Under the pieces are notes generated by a model. It made no database searches, was not told the DNA's origin, and worked only from the letters and a program-made list of their open reading frames with translations. 64,000 nt of DNA from Candidatus Sumerlaeia bacterium (GTDB taxonomy: Bacteria; Sumerlaeota; Sumerlaeia; SLMS01; JANRJK01), in NCBI GenBank assembly GCA_033764015.1, contig JANRJK010000013.1, positions 160,001 through 224,000 on the forward strand, written 5' to 3'. This document shows positions 27,164 through 37,135 of this stretch, piece after piece (the stretch's first letter is position 1; each line of letters begins with the position of its first letter). The position numbers and the translations under genes are program-made.

Positions 27164-29005
27164 ATGGCGGATCGTTCGGCGTCTGAAGAAACACTGGCGA
27201 GCGCGTCGGTAACCCCCGCCATGGCGGACGGGCGCGTGGATGCGCTTGGTCTGATCGGGCGCGTGATCGAAGACCGTTACGAGGTCGAGGAACTCATCGG
27301 CGCCGGCGCCATGGGCTATGTGTACCGAGGGCGCCAGCTCCGGCTGCGGCGCGCCGTGGCGATCAAGGTCCCCAAGCCGGAGATCTCGAAGAACCGGGAC
27401 TTCATGGCGCGCTTCGAGCGCGAGGCGCTCACCATGGCGCGTTGCGTCCACGAGAACATCGCCGCCATCTACGACGTTTCCGTGCCGAAAGAACCCGGAC
27501 AGCTCAACTACATCGCCATGGAACTGGTGCAGGGCGCGGAACTCGACCACTTCCTCCGCGCCGAGGAGTCCAACCTCACCGTCCGCGCCGTGGTGGACAT
27601 CTTCCGCCAGATCGCCCGCGGCCTCGACGCCGCGCACCAGGCCGGCATCATCCACCGCGACATCAAGCCTTCCAACCTGATCGTCACGATGCCGCAGCGC
27701 GTCGCGAAGATCATGGACTTCGGCATCGCGAAGGGCGACGTGGAGAACGCCTACGAGACGCAGGCCACGCAGGCGCTCGGAACCCCCGCCTTCATGTCGC
27801 CGGAGCAGATCCGCGGCGACGGCATCGGCGCGGCCACCGACATCTACGCTTTCGGCATGACGCTCTACAAGCTGCTCGCCCGCGACCTGCCCTTCCGCAT
27901 GACGAGCGCCCACAGCCTCCTGTTCGCGCACCTCGACACGGTGCCCCTGCACCTCTCGGAGCGTAACCCGCTCTGGCCCGAGGCGCTCGGCAACGCCATC
28001 GGCCGCGCCATCGAAAAGACGCCCGACAAGCGCCACGCGACCGCCTCGAAGCTGATCGACGAAGTCGAAGCCGCGCTGCTCCCCGTCATGGGCGAGCCCT
28101 TCGCCTCGTTCTTCCCGCAGAACGCGCCGCCGCAGAAGCTCGTGGGCAGCCGCACCGCCGCGCTCCCGCGCATGACCTCGAAGAAGCCGAAGGAGAAGCA
28201 GACCGCGATCTACGCGGTCGGCGGAATCATCCTCGTCGTCGCGGTCCTGTTCGCCCTCACGCGCGGCGGCGGGGACGATCCCGGCGGCCGCGGCGGGAAC
28301 AACGTCGCGGTGGCTCCCGGCCCGACCCGCACCCCGGCGCCGACCCCATCGCCTTCGCCGGTCCCGACGGTGCGCCCGACTCCGAGCCCGTCGCCCTCGC
28401 CTTCGCCCAGCCCCACCCCGTCCCCGTCGCCCAGCCCGACGCCGCGTCCGTCCCCGACGGTGGTCGTCGTCACGACGCCCTCTCCGGTGCCGACCCCGTT
28501 CCCGACCCCTTCGCCGCGCCCGCGCGCGACGCCGACGCCGGGACCGTCGCCGAGCCCGACTCCCTCGCGCCCGATCTACGCCTGGGGGCCGGAGATCTTC
28601 GGCTCGCAGCGGCAGGAAGCGATCAACAGCATCGAAGAAGTGGTCGTCGACGGATTGCGCCGGGAGATCTTCCGCGGGCGCTTCGACGAGGCAGCCAAGC
28701 TGCTCTCGGGCCTCGAGGCCCCCGAACGCGACCGCTTCATACAGGGTCTCGAGCGCCTTGGGCAGGGATTCGGCAACATGCGCCTGCTCTACACACCGAA
28801 CACCGTGGTCAGCGACGGCTACCGTATCGATGGCAAGCGCGCGATGGTCAGCGTCAACTTGGGCCTCACCGGCAAGGACAAGACGAACGAAATGGAGGGC
28901 CCGGACCGGGACCTCACGGATCGCTTCGACGCGAACATCGTGCTTGAGAAGCGCGGCGACCAGTGGGTCGTCGTCGAGTGGCCGTCCGACCGCTTCTTCC
29001 CCTGA
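27164..29005 (+). CDS. Hanks-type Ser/Thr kinase with TM helix, Pro/Ser/Thr linker and extracytoplasmic domain
   Basis: [57 protein letters not shown]. Confidence 0.95.
   Translation: MADRSASEETLASASVTPAMADGRVDALGLIGRVIEDRYEVEELIGAGAMGYVYRGRQLRLRRAVAIKVPKPEISKNRDFMARFEREALTMARCVHENIAAIYDVSVPKEPGQLNYIAMELVQGAELDHFLRAEESNLTVRAVVDIFRQIARGLDAAHQAGIIHRDIKPSNLIVTMPQRVAKIMDFGIAKGDVENAYETQATQALGTPAFMSPEQIRGDGIGAATDIYAFGMTLYKLLARDLPFRMTSAHSLLFAHLDTVPLHLSERNPLWPEALGNAIGRAIEKTPDKRHATASKLIDEVEAALLPVMGEPFASFFPQNAPPQKLVGSRTAALPRMTSKKPKEKQTAIYAVGGIILVVAVLFALTRGGGDDPGGRGGNNVAVAPGPTRTPAPTPSPSPVPTVRPTPSPSPSPSPSPTPSPSPSPTPRPSPTVVVVTTPSPVPTPFPTPSPRPRATPTPGPSPSPTPSRPIYAWGPEIFGSQRQEAINSIEEVVVDGLRREIFRGRFDEAAKLLSGLEAPERDRFIQGLERLGQGFGNMRLLYTPNTVVSDGYRIDGKRAMVSVNLGLTGKDKTNEMEGPDRDLTDRFDANIVLEKRGDQWVVVEWPSDRFFP
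28320..28565 (+). repeat. Low-complexity (PS/PT)n coding repeat
   Basis: [23 protein letters not shown]... linker in the kinase. Confidence 0.8.
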
Positions 29006-29036
29006 CCACCACTTCCCCTCCAAGGAGACCAACCGC

Positions 29037-29396
29037 ATGGCATCCATGAAGCGCACTCTCGCAGGCAGCATCGCCGCAGCCGCCCTCCTCCTATCGACCG
29101 GCTGCATCGGCACACATAGCAACATGAGCCAGTTCCTCAACGACCCGGCTCCCGGCGCGGAGGAACTCAACGTCCTCCAGCAGTACGGCACGCCCGCGTT
29201 CGCCGCCGAGGTGGACAACCACAACGTCTACACCTACAAGGTGCGCGAGAACAACTACTTCATCTTCATCGGCTTCTACGACGGCTACGACCTCGTAGTG
29301 ACCTGCCGCGACGGCCGCGTGGTGGACGCGCGCCGCGTGCGGGGTCCCGAGTCGTTCGCGCTCTTCCAGCCGTGGCAATGGGTCTCGAACAACTAG
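29037..29396 (+). CDS. Small lipoprotein (SmpA/OmlA-like fold possible)
   Basis: AAGGAG RBS; lipobox LLSTGC; VLQQYGTP motif. Confidence 0.75.
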   Translation: MASMKRTLAGSIAAAALLLSTGCIGTHSNMSQFLNDPAPGAEELNVLQQYGTPAFAAEVDNHNVYTYKVRENNYFIFIGFYDGYDLVVTCRDGRVVDARRVRGPESFALFQPWQWVSNN

Positions 29397-29421
29397 CCGC
29401 GCCTTCCCCGAGCCGCGCAGC

Positions 29422-29455
29422 GAACGCCTCGGCGGCCCCGTCCGCCGGGGCGTTC
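29422..29455 (+). terminator. Hairpin terminator after the lipoprotein gene
   Basis: gaacgcctcggcgg-ccccgt-ccgccggggcgttc. Confidence 0.55.
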
Positions 29456-29469
29456 CGCGTTTCGGCCCC

Positions 29470-30849
29470 ATGACGCCGACACTGTTGGCGGATTGGGAGG
29501 TCCTGCGCGGCGCCCGGGTGTTGGCTGCGGTGTCGGGAGGGGCGGACTCGACCGCTCTCCTGCACATGCTGCACCGCGCCAGCGGGCGGCGGGGCTTCGA
29601 ACTGGCGTGCGCCCACGTCAACCACGGCTTGCGCGGTGCGGAGTCGGACGCCGACGAGGTGTTCGTCCGCGGGGAGTGCGAGCGCCTCGGAGTCCCGCTC
29701 CACGCGGCGCGCCTCGATCCCAAGGTGCTTGACACAGTCAACGAAGGTTCGCTGCGGGAGGCCCGCCTCGGCGCCCTGAAGGCGCTCGCGCGGAGCACCG
29801 GCGCCGGCGTCCTCGCTTTCGGGCACCACGGCGACGACTTGGCGGAGTCGTTCCTGCTGATGGCGCTGCGCGGTTCCGGGCCCGGGGGCCTCGGCTCGAT
29901 GCGCCCGATGTTGGAAGTCGAGGATGGCCTGATGCTTTGGAGGCCGCTGCTCGACTGCCGGCGGGCCACGCCGCGCGAATGGCTGAGCGCTTGTGGAATC
30001 GGCTGGCGCGAAGACTCCTCGAACGCCTCGCCGCGCTTCCGCCGGAACCGCCTGCGGGCGGAGGTTCTTCCGCTTCTCGAGGAGATTGCGCCGGGGGCCT
30101 CGGAGTGCCTCGCGCGGTCGGCGCGCTGGTGCGCGGCGGAGTCCGGTGCGCTCGAGGAGGCCGCAGGCGCCGCCTTCCGCCGATGCTGCTCGCACGAATC
30201 CCAAGGGGTGGTGGTCCTCGACGCGGCACAGTTGCGCGCCGAAGCCCCCCCCGTTGGTCTCGAGGCGCTCCGCGTCGCGTGGCGGCGGGTGTCGGGCACG
30301 GTGCCGTCTTGGTCCGTGCAACTGTGCTTGGAAGATCGTGTGGAATCGGGCCGCGGAGACGAGCGGACGTTCGGTCCCGACTGCGGCGTGGCTGCGCACG
30401 TCTGCGCGCGCGCCGTGACGATCCACCGGGCGGAGGATTCGGTCGCCGACGCGCTCGCTCGAGCGCCCTGGCCGTGGATCGTTCGACCGGATGGCGCCGC
30501 CCTCGATCAACACCTCAACAGTGCCGAGTTCGTGAACGCCCCCGGCCTCGTCGAGGCGCTGCTGGCGGGGCGCGCCGCGGAGTCCGCCGCCGCGTTCGAC
30601 GCGGACGCGCTCTCCGCGCCGTTGGAGCTGCGTCCGGCGCCGCTGGATGCCGCGCTCGACGCGGGTCCGCACCTGCGGAGTGTGCGGAAATGCCTCAAGG
30701 ACGCGAAGGTGCCCGGCCCGTTGCGCGACCGGTTGGCGGGCGTGTGGTGCGGCGACGCGCTGCTTTGGCTGCCGGGCATCCGCCGCGCGGCCGGCGCGCG
30801 CGTCACGGAGCGGACGCGCCGCTTGCTCCTCCTGCTCCCGCGCCGCTGA
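29470..30849 (+). CDS. tilS: tRNA(Ile)-lysidine synthetase
   Basis: AVSGGADS PP-loop, HVNHGLRG, GHHGDD, WRPLL, WREDSSN, RNRLR; C-terminal TilS-C domain. Confidence 0.92.
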   Translation: MTPTLLADWEVLRGARVLAAVSGGADSTALLHMLHRASGRRGFELACAHVNHGLRGAESDADEVFVRGECERLGVPLHAARLDPKVLDTVNEGSLREARLGALKALARSTGAGVLAFGHHGDDLAESFLLMALRGSGPGGLGSMRPMLEVEDGLMLWRPLLDCRRATPREWLSACGIGWREDSSNASPRFRRNRLRAEVLPLLEEIAPGASECLARSARWCAAESGALEEAAGAAFRRCCSHESQGVVVLDAAQLRAEAPPVGLEALRVAWRRVSGTVPSWSVQLCLEDRVESGRGDERTFGPDCGVAAHVCARAVTIHRAEDSVADALARAPWPWIVRPDGAALDQHLNSAEFVNAPGLVEALLAGRAAESAAAFDADALSAPLELRPAPLDAALDAGPHLRSVRKCLKDAKVPGPLRDRLAGVWCGDALLWLPGIRRAAGARVTERTRRLLLLLPRR

Positions 30850-32176
30850 CCAGGGCCCGCGCCGCGGCCAGCGCCGCCTCGCGGTCGGGGAATTCCCCGT
30901 CGAGCTGCCGGTCGTGCAGCTCGCGCAGCGCCCTTCCAAGCGCGGGTCCCGGCGGAACGCCAAGCGCCAGCAAGTCGTCGCCGCCGACGAACGGTTTCGG
31001 CAGCGCGCGCGCCGCCCCCTCGCCGAGCGACGCCATCGTTTCCCGCGCGAACTCCCAATAGTCGAGCCGTCCGTTCGACCCGAGGCAGTCCGCGCGGTGC
31101 ACCGCCAGGTCGTCTTCGATCGTGGGAGCGGCGAGGAATCGCCGCAACGTGGCGGGGCGCATATGCTGGAGCATGGAGAAGGTCATGTGCCGCGCCACGA
31201 CCGAGCAGATGTGGTCGATGTCGCTGGACGGCAGGCGGAAGCGTTCGAGGACCTCGCGGGCCAGCTCGGCGCCGATGCGCTCGTGCTCGCGGAACGTGAT
31301 CCGCCCCGCCGCGTCGCGCGCGAACGTGGGCGGCTTGCCGACATCGTGGAGCAGCGCGCCCCACGCGGCGCGGGTCGTGCGCGGTTCCAGCTTCGCCATC
31401 ACGAGCATCGTGTGCTCGAAGACGTCGCCCTCCGGATGGAACTCGCGCCCCTGCTCGACCCCCCGCATGGCGGCGACCTCCGGCAGGATGATGTCGAGCA
31501 GGCCGGTGCGGCTTAGCAGGAGGAGCGCGCCCGCCGGATCGGGTCCGGTCCACATCGCGGTGAGTTCGTCGCGGATGCGCTCCGCGCTCAAGTGCATAGC
31601 GAGATCGCCGAGTTGGCAGAGCGCGTCGAAGGTGCGGCGCTCGATGCGGAAGCCGAAGCGCGCCGCGAAGCGGACCGCGCGCAGCAGCCGCAGCGCGTCC
31701 TCGTGGAAGCGCGTGTCCGGGTCGCCGACGCAGCGGAGCACGCGCGCATCGAGGTCGGCCCTTCCGTCGACCAGGTCGACGATGGCGCCGGTTGCGGGAT
31801 CCTCGTAGAGCGCGTTGACCGTGAAGTCGCGCCGGCGGACGTCCTCCGCGAGCGTGCCGTAGCGCACGAAGCCCGGGTGCCGGTGGTCCTGGTAGTCGCC
31901 CTCCGCGCGGAACGTCGCGATCTCGATCCGGTGCGGTCCGACCGGCGCGATGCAGACCCCGAAGCTGGCGCCGACGAGCTGCGTGCCGGGGAACAACGCG
32001 GCGACCTCCTGCGGTCTCGCGTCCGTCGCGATATCGAGGTCCTTCACCGGCAGCCCAAGCAGCCGGTCGCGCACACACCCACCCACGAAGTACGCCATGC
32101 GTCCCGACGCGGCCAGCCGACGGGCCGCCTCGCGGCCGGCTTCGAGCAAGGTGACGGGGTCCAACTGGTCGGCCAT
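30803..32176 (-). CDS. cca: CCA tRNA nucleotidyltransferase with HD domain
   Basis: YFVGGCVRD, DLDIATD, EIATFR, RRDFTVNAL, EDALRLLRAVRF, HPEGDVFEHT, LLHDVGKP. Confidence 0.92.
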   Translation of the reverse strand: MADQLDPVTLLEAGREAARRLAASGRMAYFVGGCVRDRLLGLPVKDLDIATDARPQEVAALFPGTQLVGASFGVCIAPVGPHRIEIATFRAEGDYQDHRHPGFVRYGTLAEDVRRRDFTVNALYEDPATGAIVDLVDGRADLDARVLRCVGDPDTRFHEDALRLLRAVRFAARFGFRIERRTFDALCQLGDLAMHLSAERIRDELTAMWTGPDPAGALLLLSRTGLLDIILPEVAAMRGVEQGREFHPEGDVFEHTMLVMAKLEPRTTRAAWGALLHDVGKPPTFARDAAGRITFREHERIGAELAREVLERFRLPSSDIDHICSVVARHMTFSMLQHMRPATLRRFLAAPTIEDDLAVHRADCLGSNGRLDYWEFARETMASLGEGAARALPKPFVGGDDLLALGVPPGPALGRALRELHDRQLDGEFPDREAALAAARALVSGAGAGGASGASAP

Positions 32177-32398
32177 GCCGCTACAAGACGCGCCCGGGCC
32201 GCGGCGCGCAAGCACCGGGTGGGTGGGGGTCCCGAAGAAGCGGCGCCATGGCATGGTTGCTGCCCCGTTCTCCGCGCAGCGGGTGGAAAACGGGACTTTT
32301 CCAGGGGAATTCCCGGGAGCGTCTCTGCGAGAGACCCGCCTGCGCGAGACTCCGGTCCAAAGGCGAGACTGCCAGCGACCGGGAAACGGGTGGCCCAC

Positions 32399-35300
32399 AT
32401 GGCGAGTAGGACGATACTAGCGCGGGTACTGTGGTCGCTGTGGCTGTTGGCGCTGCTAGCGGGGCGGGCCGGCGCCGTCGGCGACGCCTCGACATCCTTC
32501 CAAGTGTTCGTGCCGCCGAACAACGACCGTGTCGGTCGCGATGTCGCCTTGATCGTCACCAACGTTTCCCCGTTCCGCACGACGGTGGACCTGATCGATG
32601 ACGGAGCGGATGGCGACACGGACGACACGGTGTTGGGCATCGTCCTCGATCGCGGCCAGTCCTACGTGCGCTACATCAAAGACGGCGCGGTGAACGACGA
32701 CGCCGGCGGCAAATGGGACGGGGACTACTTCCTCGTCGAAAGCCTCGACCCCGTCGTCGTCCAAATGTCGACGAAGAGCGACTGGCAGTGGGACTTCGTT
32801 CCGGCCGACAACAAGACCATGCGGGGACAGTCGTTCTTCATCTACTCGCCCTCGACATCGAGTTCGCAACGCGACGTGAACCTTGTGGCGTACGAAGACA
32901 ACACCGAGGTGTATGTCCTGGACATCACCGCGACGCCGCTCAATGAGACGGGCCTCACGACGGTCAATGTGGAGGCGCCGGTCGAGATCCTGAAGACCAC
33001 TCTGAACGCGGGCGAGGACCTGATCGGCCGCCGCAAGCTGGGCATCGATATCCTGGACCCGGGCCGGACCTACTGGATCCGCGCTTCGAAGGGCGTGACC
33101 TGCCAGTACGGCTCGCTCGCGGGCAACGGGCGCGACGGCGGCGGCTTCGTGCCGTCGGAGAACGGCTTCGCGAGCGGGGCGCGCTTCTACTTCTTCATCC
33201 CCCGGGACCAACCCGACGAGCGCGAAGTGCGCGTGGTCTCCTTCGACGACGACAACAACGTCGAGTTCGCAGGCTGGAGCAGTGAGCTGGGCCGGTGGGT
33301 CGTGATCTCCAACTGGGAGATCGACCGGTTCGGCCACGCGGACTGGGTGGAGTCGGGAACCAACTACCCGTTCTACCGCCTGCTCTGCACACCCGGCAAG
33401 CGCGTGTCGGTGTTCGCGGCGAGCTGGCTGGAGGCGAAGGGGCTCTCCGGCACGAAGGACATCGCGAGCTTCGCGTCGAGCGAAAGCGGATACGGCGCTG
33501 GCAAAGAGTTCCTCGCCTACATCCCGCAGCCGGGCTTCCAAGGAAACGTGGTGTTCAACGGGCGCAAGATCGGCAACAACGGTCACTTGTTCCTGTTCGG
33601 GCACGTGAACGGGACGACCTTCGAAGTCGTCGACGCGGACACGCAGGGGACGCTGTTCCGCCGCACCGGCACCATCAACAAGGACGGCTATGCGAACGTG
33701 CGGATGAGCGAGGCGGAGTTCGCCGCCCTCAACCGTCCCGCGCAGGGGATCCGCCCCTACCTGAAGGTGACGGCGAACCACCTGATCACCGTGATGGTGA
33801 CGAACTTCAACGACAACTGGATGACGTTCGTTCCGAGCGTTGTGCTACCGAACCCCCTCCTCACGGCGGCGGCGACCGTCGATCAAGCGGTGGTGGGGGA
33901 GGAGGGCTGCGTCAGCTTCGTCGCCGACAACGCCGGAGCCGGCGCGCTCGATTCGGCGTTGCTCGAGATCCCGCTTGATCCCGCGGTCAGCTATGCCTCC
34001 GCGGAACTTTCGATCCCCGGCATGGGGAGCCCGCTGATCGAGACGGACCCGGAGACCGGCGCCCAGATCCTTGTATGGGAGGGCTTCTCCATCCCCGCGG
34101 ACGGCCGCCTCGAGGGGACCGTCTGCTTCACTGTGCGGGCGAGGCGCCCCGACGGCAGCGTGGTGCGCAACCGCGACTTCATCAGCCTCCCCGTGCTGGT
34201 CCGGGGGCTGGGTTTCGGCGTGCCGGTCGCGCAGGGGGGCGAGGCGGAGCTGTTCACCGCGCAGACCTCGCTGGCGCTGACGGTCGACGACGACTCGCAG
34301 ACCGCGGTCTCGGGCCTGGCGGCGACGCCGGCGGGAAACTCGATCAACGTCAGTTGGCAGACCACCCGCGAGCCGGACCTCGCCGGATTCCGCGTGTACC
34401 GCTCCACCTCGGGCGACGGCCCGTTCACGCTCCTCACCGCGCAGCCGATCCCCGGGACCGGCGACGCTGTGACGGGCGCCCGGTACCTCCATGTGGATCG
34501 GCCCGCGAACATGAACACGCTCTACTACTACCGCCTCGAAGTGATCGACACGCTCGGCGCGTCCTCCTTCGTGGGTCCGGTCTCCGTGCTCGCCGAGGAC
34601 CGCACTCCTCCGGAGCCACCGTCGCTCGCAGTGGACGAAATCGGCGACGGGCGGGTGGTGCTTCGTCCTTCCGGCGGCGACGCCGACGGCGATTTGAAGG
34701 GCTACTGGATCCACCGCTCCGACACCTCCGGTGGCGTTTTCACGCGCATCAACTCGATCCCCGTCCAGCCAGGGGCCGTCCACGTCGACACAACGGTGGG
34801 GAACGGGCGGTCGTACTTCTACCGGGCTCGCGCAATCGACACGAGCGACAACCTTTCCGAGTTCGGAGCGGTCGTCGAAGCGGCGATGCCCTCGACCATC
34901 AGCACGGTGCGGACGCTTGCCTACGAGGACCAGATCGGTCCCGGCAAGAACGACTGGGATTACAACGACTGGGTGATCGCGCTTTCGAGCGAGGAGGTGT
35001 TCGCGCAAGGAGGCGTGGCGGAGGTGGGGATCGACATCGAGGCGCTGGCGCGCGGGGCGCGCTTCCGCAACGAGTTCCGCCTGCGGGTCCGCGCCGTTGG
35101 CGCTTGGACCGCGACCGTCGACATCTACGCGGATCGCAACGCCGCCGAGCCGCTCGAGTCGCGCAGCGAGTCGGGGAGCGGCGACGTCGACATCGCGCTC
35201 TTCGCCGACACGAGCGACGCGCTGCCGCCCCCCGCGGGCGACGACTTCACGAACACGCTCAACCGCCAGAATCCGGCGACGCTCGGCCGGACGGCCCGCG

Positions 35301-37084
35301 TTCGCATCACGATGGCGAACCCCGCGGCCAACCCAAGCAACGCGCGCCACCATCCGCCATTCGATCCCTACCTGAAGAGCGCCATCGGCGAAGTGCACCA
35401 GGTGCGCGAAGGATTCCCGGGCTCCACGGAAGTGGTGGCTTTCTGGCCCGAGAGCCCGCTGCTCGGCTTCAACCTCGACTACGTGCTGGTGGTGCCGGGG
35501 AGCCAATGGCGCTGGCCGCTCGAGAACCAGAAGATCTGGGACGCCTACCCCGAAGTGTTCACCAGGCACATGCTCTCGGGGCGCCAGTCGGACACCGACT
35601 GGGGCATCCCTGACAACCGCGTGGCGTCCAAGACCTACAACTGGTACCCGCTGCCCGGGGGAGCGCGCTCGTGGGTGGAGTCGCCCCCGGTTTCCCGCAC
35701 GGGATCGTCCATCCCCGTTGCCAGCTATGCGTCGCCGTTCGTCGCGTCCCCCAAGGCGATCGCGCATCTTGGGAGCGGCGCACCGGCGGATTCGATCCTG
35801 CTGGCGGGCGCCGACAAGCGTGTCCGACTCGTCGCACCGGAAGGGGCGTCGAGGGCGGGCTGGCCAATCGACGCGAACAGCTTCCGCGCGACGCCGGCGG
35901 TCGGCCACCTGTCGCCCTCGGACCCCCACCCGACACTCTTGACGGCGGAGGAAAGCTACGAGGTCCCCGCGCGGGTGATGGCGTGGGAGCTGACGCCGGC
36001 GTCCGTCCTCCGCTGGCAGAACGAGGTCGGCGCCAGCGTGAAGGCGCCACCGGTGATCGCCGACCTCGACGCCGATGGAGAGGCTGAGGTGCTCGTAGTC
36101 ACCACGGCGGGCCTGCTGCATGTCGTCCGCGCGGACGGTCTGCCGTATCCGGGGTCGCCCGTGTCGCTCGGCACCCCGACCTGGAACGACAAGAACATCC
36201 TGCTGTCGGGTCCGCCCGTGGTGATGGACGTGGACGGCGACGGGCGGCTCGAAATCTACGCCGCGGCGCCCTCCGGCACCCAGGTTGCAGGGCTTCAGTC
36301 GACGCTGGCGCCGCTGCAAGGGTGGCCGCGGGCGGTGGACGGCGCGATCATCGGCGGCGTGGCGGCCACGCGGACGCCGGCGGGCGAGGCGGCAATCGCC
36401 ACGGCCACCGTCGCGGGCAGCGTGTACGTATGGGACGGCCTGGGGCGGCTGCTGGCGCCGCCGGCGGGCTCGCTCGGCAATCCGGCCCATCTCGGGGAGC
36501 CGGTCATCGCGCCCGTCGTCGCCTTCCGCGACGAGCTGGCGGCGAAGGACTACCTGGTCGTCGCCACGAGCACGGGAACAATCCACCTGCTCTCCACGAA
36601 CGGAGTACCGCAAGCGGGCTGGCCCGTGGCGGCGGCGGGCGAGGTGATGGCTTCGCCGGTCGTCGGCGACTTCGACGGCGACGCCGAGCCCGAGATCCTC
36701 GTGGCGGCCACCAATGGACGGGTGGCGACTTGGAAGCTAAGCGGCGATCCGCTTCCCGAGCTGACCACGCAACTGTCCGGTGCGATCCAGGCGACGCCGG
36801 CCGTCGCCGACCTCGACCTCGACTCGCGGCTCGAAGTGTACATCGCGACGTCGCTCGGCGACCTGATCCGCCTCGACGGGACGGGCGCTTCGCCGCTCAC
36901 CGGGTCGCTGGCGGCTCCATGGGCTGGCATCGGGGGCGGGGACGGTACGAACGCCCCTTCCGCCGGCTGGCTGTTGGTGCCGCTGACGTCCGCAGCCGGG
37001 GGAGCGCAGGGATGGATGATCTCGTGGAGCGCGCCCCCGGCCCCACGGGCCCGAAACCGCGGGGGACGGGTCGGGACAGCCTAG
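32399..37084 (+). CDS. Giant secreted multidomain protein (IgGFc-binding-like N-terminus, FN3, LruC/DUF4842, FG-GAP/VCBS repeats)
   Basis: Signal peptide; FN3 (VSWQTTRE...GFRVYRS, YYYRLE); TLAYEDQ...DWDYNDWVI; ADLDADGEAEV-type repeats; near-terminal SAAGGAQGWMIS. Confidence 0.85.
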   Translation: MASRTILARVLWSLWLLALLAGRAGAVGDASTSFQVFVPPNNDRVGRDVALIVTNVSPFRTTVDLIDDGADGDTDDTVLGIVLDRGQSYVRYIKDGAVNDDAGGKWDGDYFLVESLDPVVVQMSTKSDWQWDFVPADNKTMRGQSFFIYSPSTSSSQRDVNLVAYEDNTEVYVLDITATPLNETGLTTVNVEAPVEILKTTLNAGEDLIGRRKLGIDILDPGRTYWIRASKGVTCQYGSLAGNGRDGGGFVPSENGFASGARFYFFIPRDQPDEREVRVVSFDDDNNVEFAGWSSELGRWVVISNWEIDRFGHADWVESGTNYPFYRLLCTPGKRVSVFAASWLEAKGLSGTKDIASFASSESGYGAGKEFLAYIPQPGFQGNVVFNGRKIGNNGHLFLFGHVNGTTFEVVDADTQGTLFRRTGTINKDGYANVRMSEAEFAALNRPAQGIRPYLKVTANHLITVMVTNFNDNWMTFVPSVVLPNPLLTAAATVDQAVVGEEGCVSFVADNAGAGALDSALLEIPLDPAVSYASAELSIPGMGSPLIETDPETGAQILVWEGFSIPADGRLEGTVCFTVRARRPDGSVVRNRDFISLPVLVRGLGFGVPVAQGGEAELFTAQTSLALTVDDDSQTAVSGLAATPAGNSINVSWQTTREPDLAGFRVYRSTSGDGPFTLLTAQPIPGTGDAVTGARYLHVDRPANMNTLYYYRLEVIDTLGASSFVGPVSVLAEDRTPPEPPSLAVDEIGDGRVVLRPSGGDADGDLKGYWIHRSDTSGGVFTRINSIPVQPGAVHVDTTVGNGRSYFYRARAIDTSDNLSEFGAVVEAAMPSTISTVRTLAYEDQIGPGKNDWDYNDWVIALSSEEVFAQGGVAEVGIDIEALARGARFRNEFRLRVRAVGAWTATVDIYADRNAAEPLESRSESGSGDVDIALFADTSDALPPPAGDDFTNTLNRQNPATLGRTARVRITMANPAANPSNARHHPPFDPYLKSAIGEVHQVREGFPGSTEVVAFWPESPLLGFNLDYVLVVPGSQWRWPLENQKIWDAYPEVFTRHMLSGRQSDTDWGIPDNRVASKTYNWYPLPGGARSWVESPPVSRTGSSIPVASYASPFVASPKAIAHLGSGAPADSILLAGADKRVRLVAPEGASRAGWPIDANSFRATPAVGHLSPSDPHPTLLTAEESYEVPARVMAWELTPASVLRWQNEVGASVKAPPVIADLDADGEAEVLVVTTAGLLHVVRADGLPYPGSPVSLGTPTWNDKNILLSGPPVVMDVDGDGRLEIYAAAPSGTQVAGLQSTLAPLQGWPRAVDGAIIGGVAATRTPAGEAAIATATVAGSVYVWDGLGRLLAPPAGSLGNPAHLGEPVIAPVVAFRDELAAKDYLVVATSTGTIHLLSTNGVPQAGWPVAAAGEVMASPVVGDFDGDAEPEILVAATNGRVATWKLSGDPLPELTTQLSGAIQATPAVADLDLDSRLEVYIATSLGDLIRLDGTGASPLTGSLAAPWAGIGGGDGTNAPSAGWLLVPLTSAAGGAQGWMISWSAPPAPRARNRGGRVGTA

Positions 37085-37135
37085 CGCGCGGAGCGGCTCC
37101 AGCCCTCCCCGAAGGTCGCTGCGATCCCGGAGCCG

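Noticed and set aside
30803..30849. 47-bp convergent overlap of tilS and cca
   Set aside because: Short 3' overlaps are common in GC-rich genomes and there is no sign of a function.
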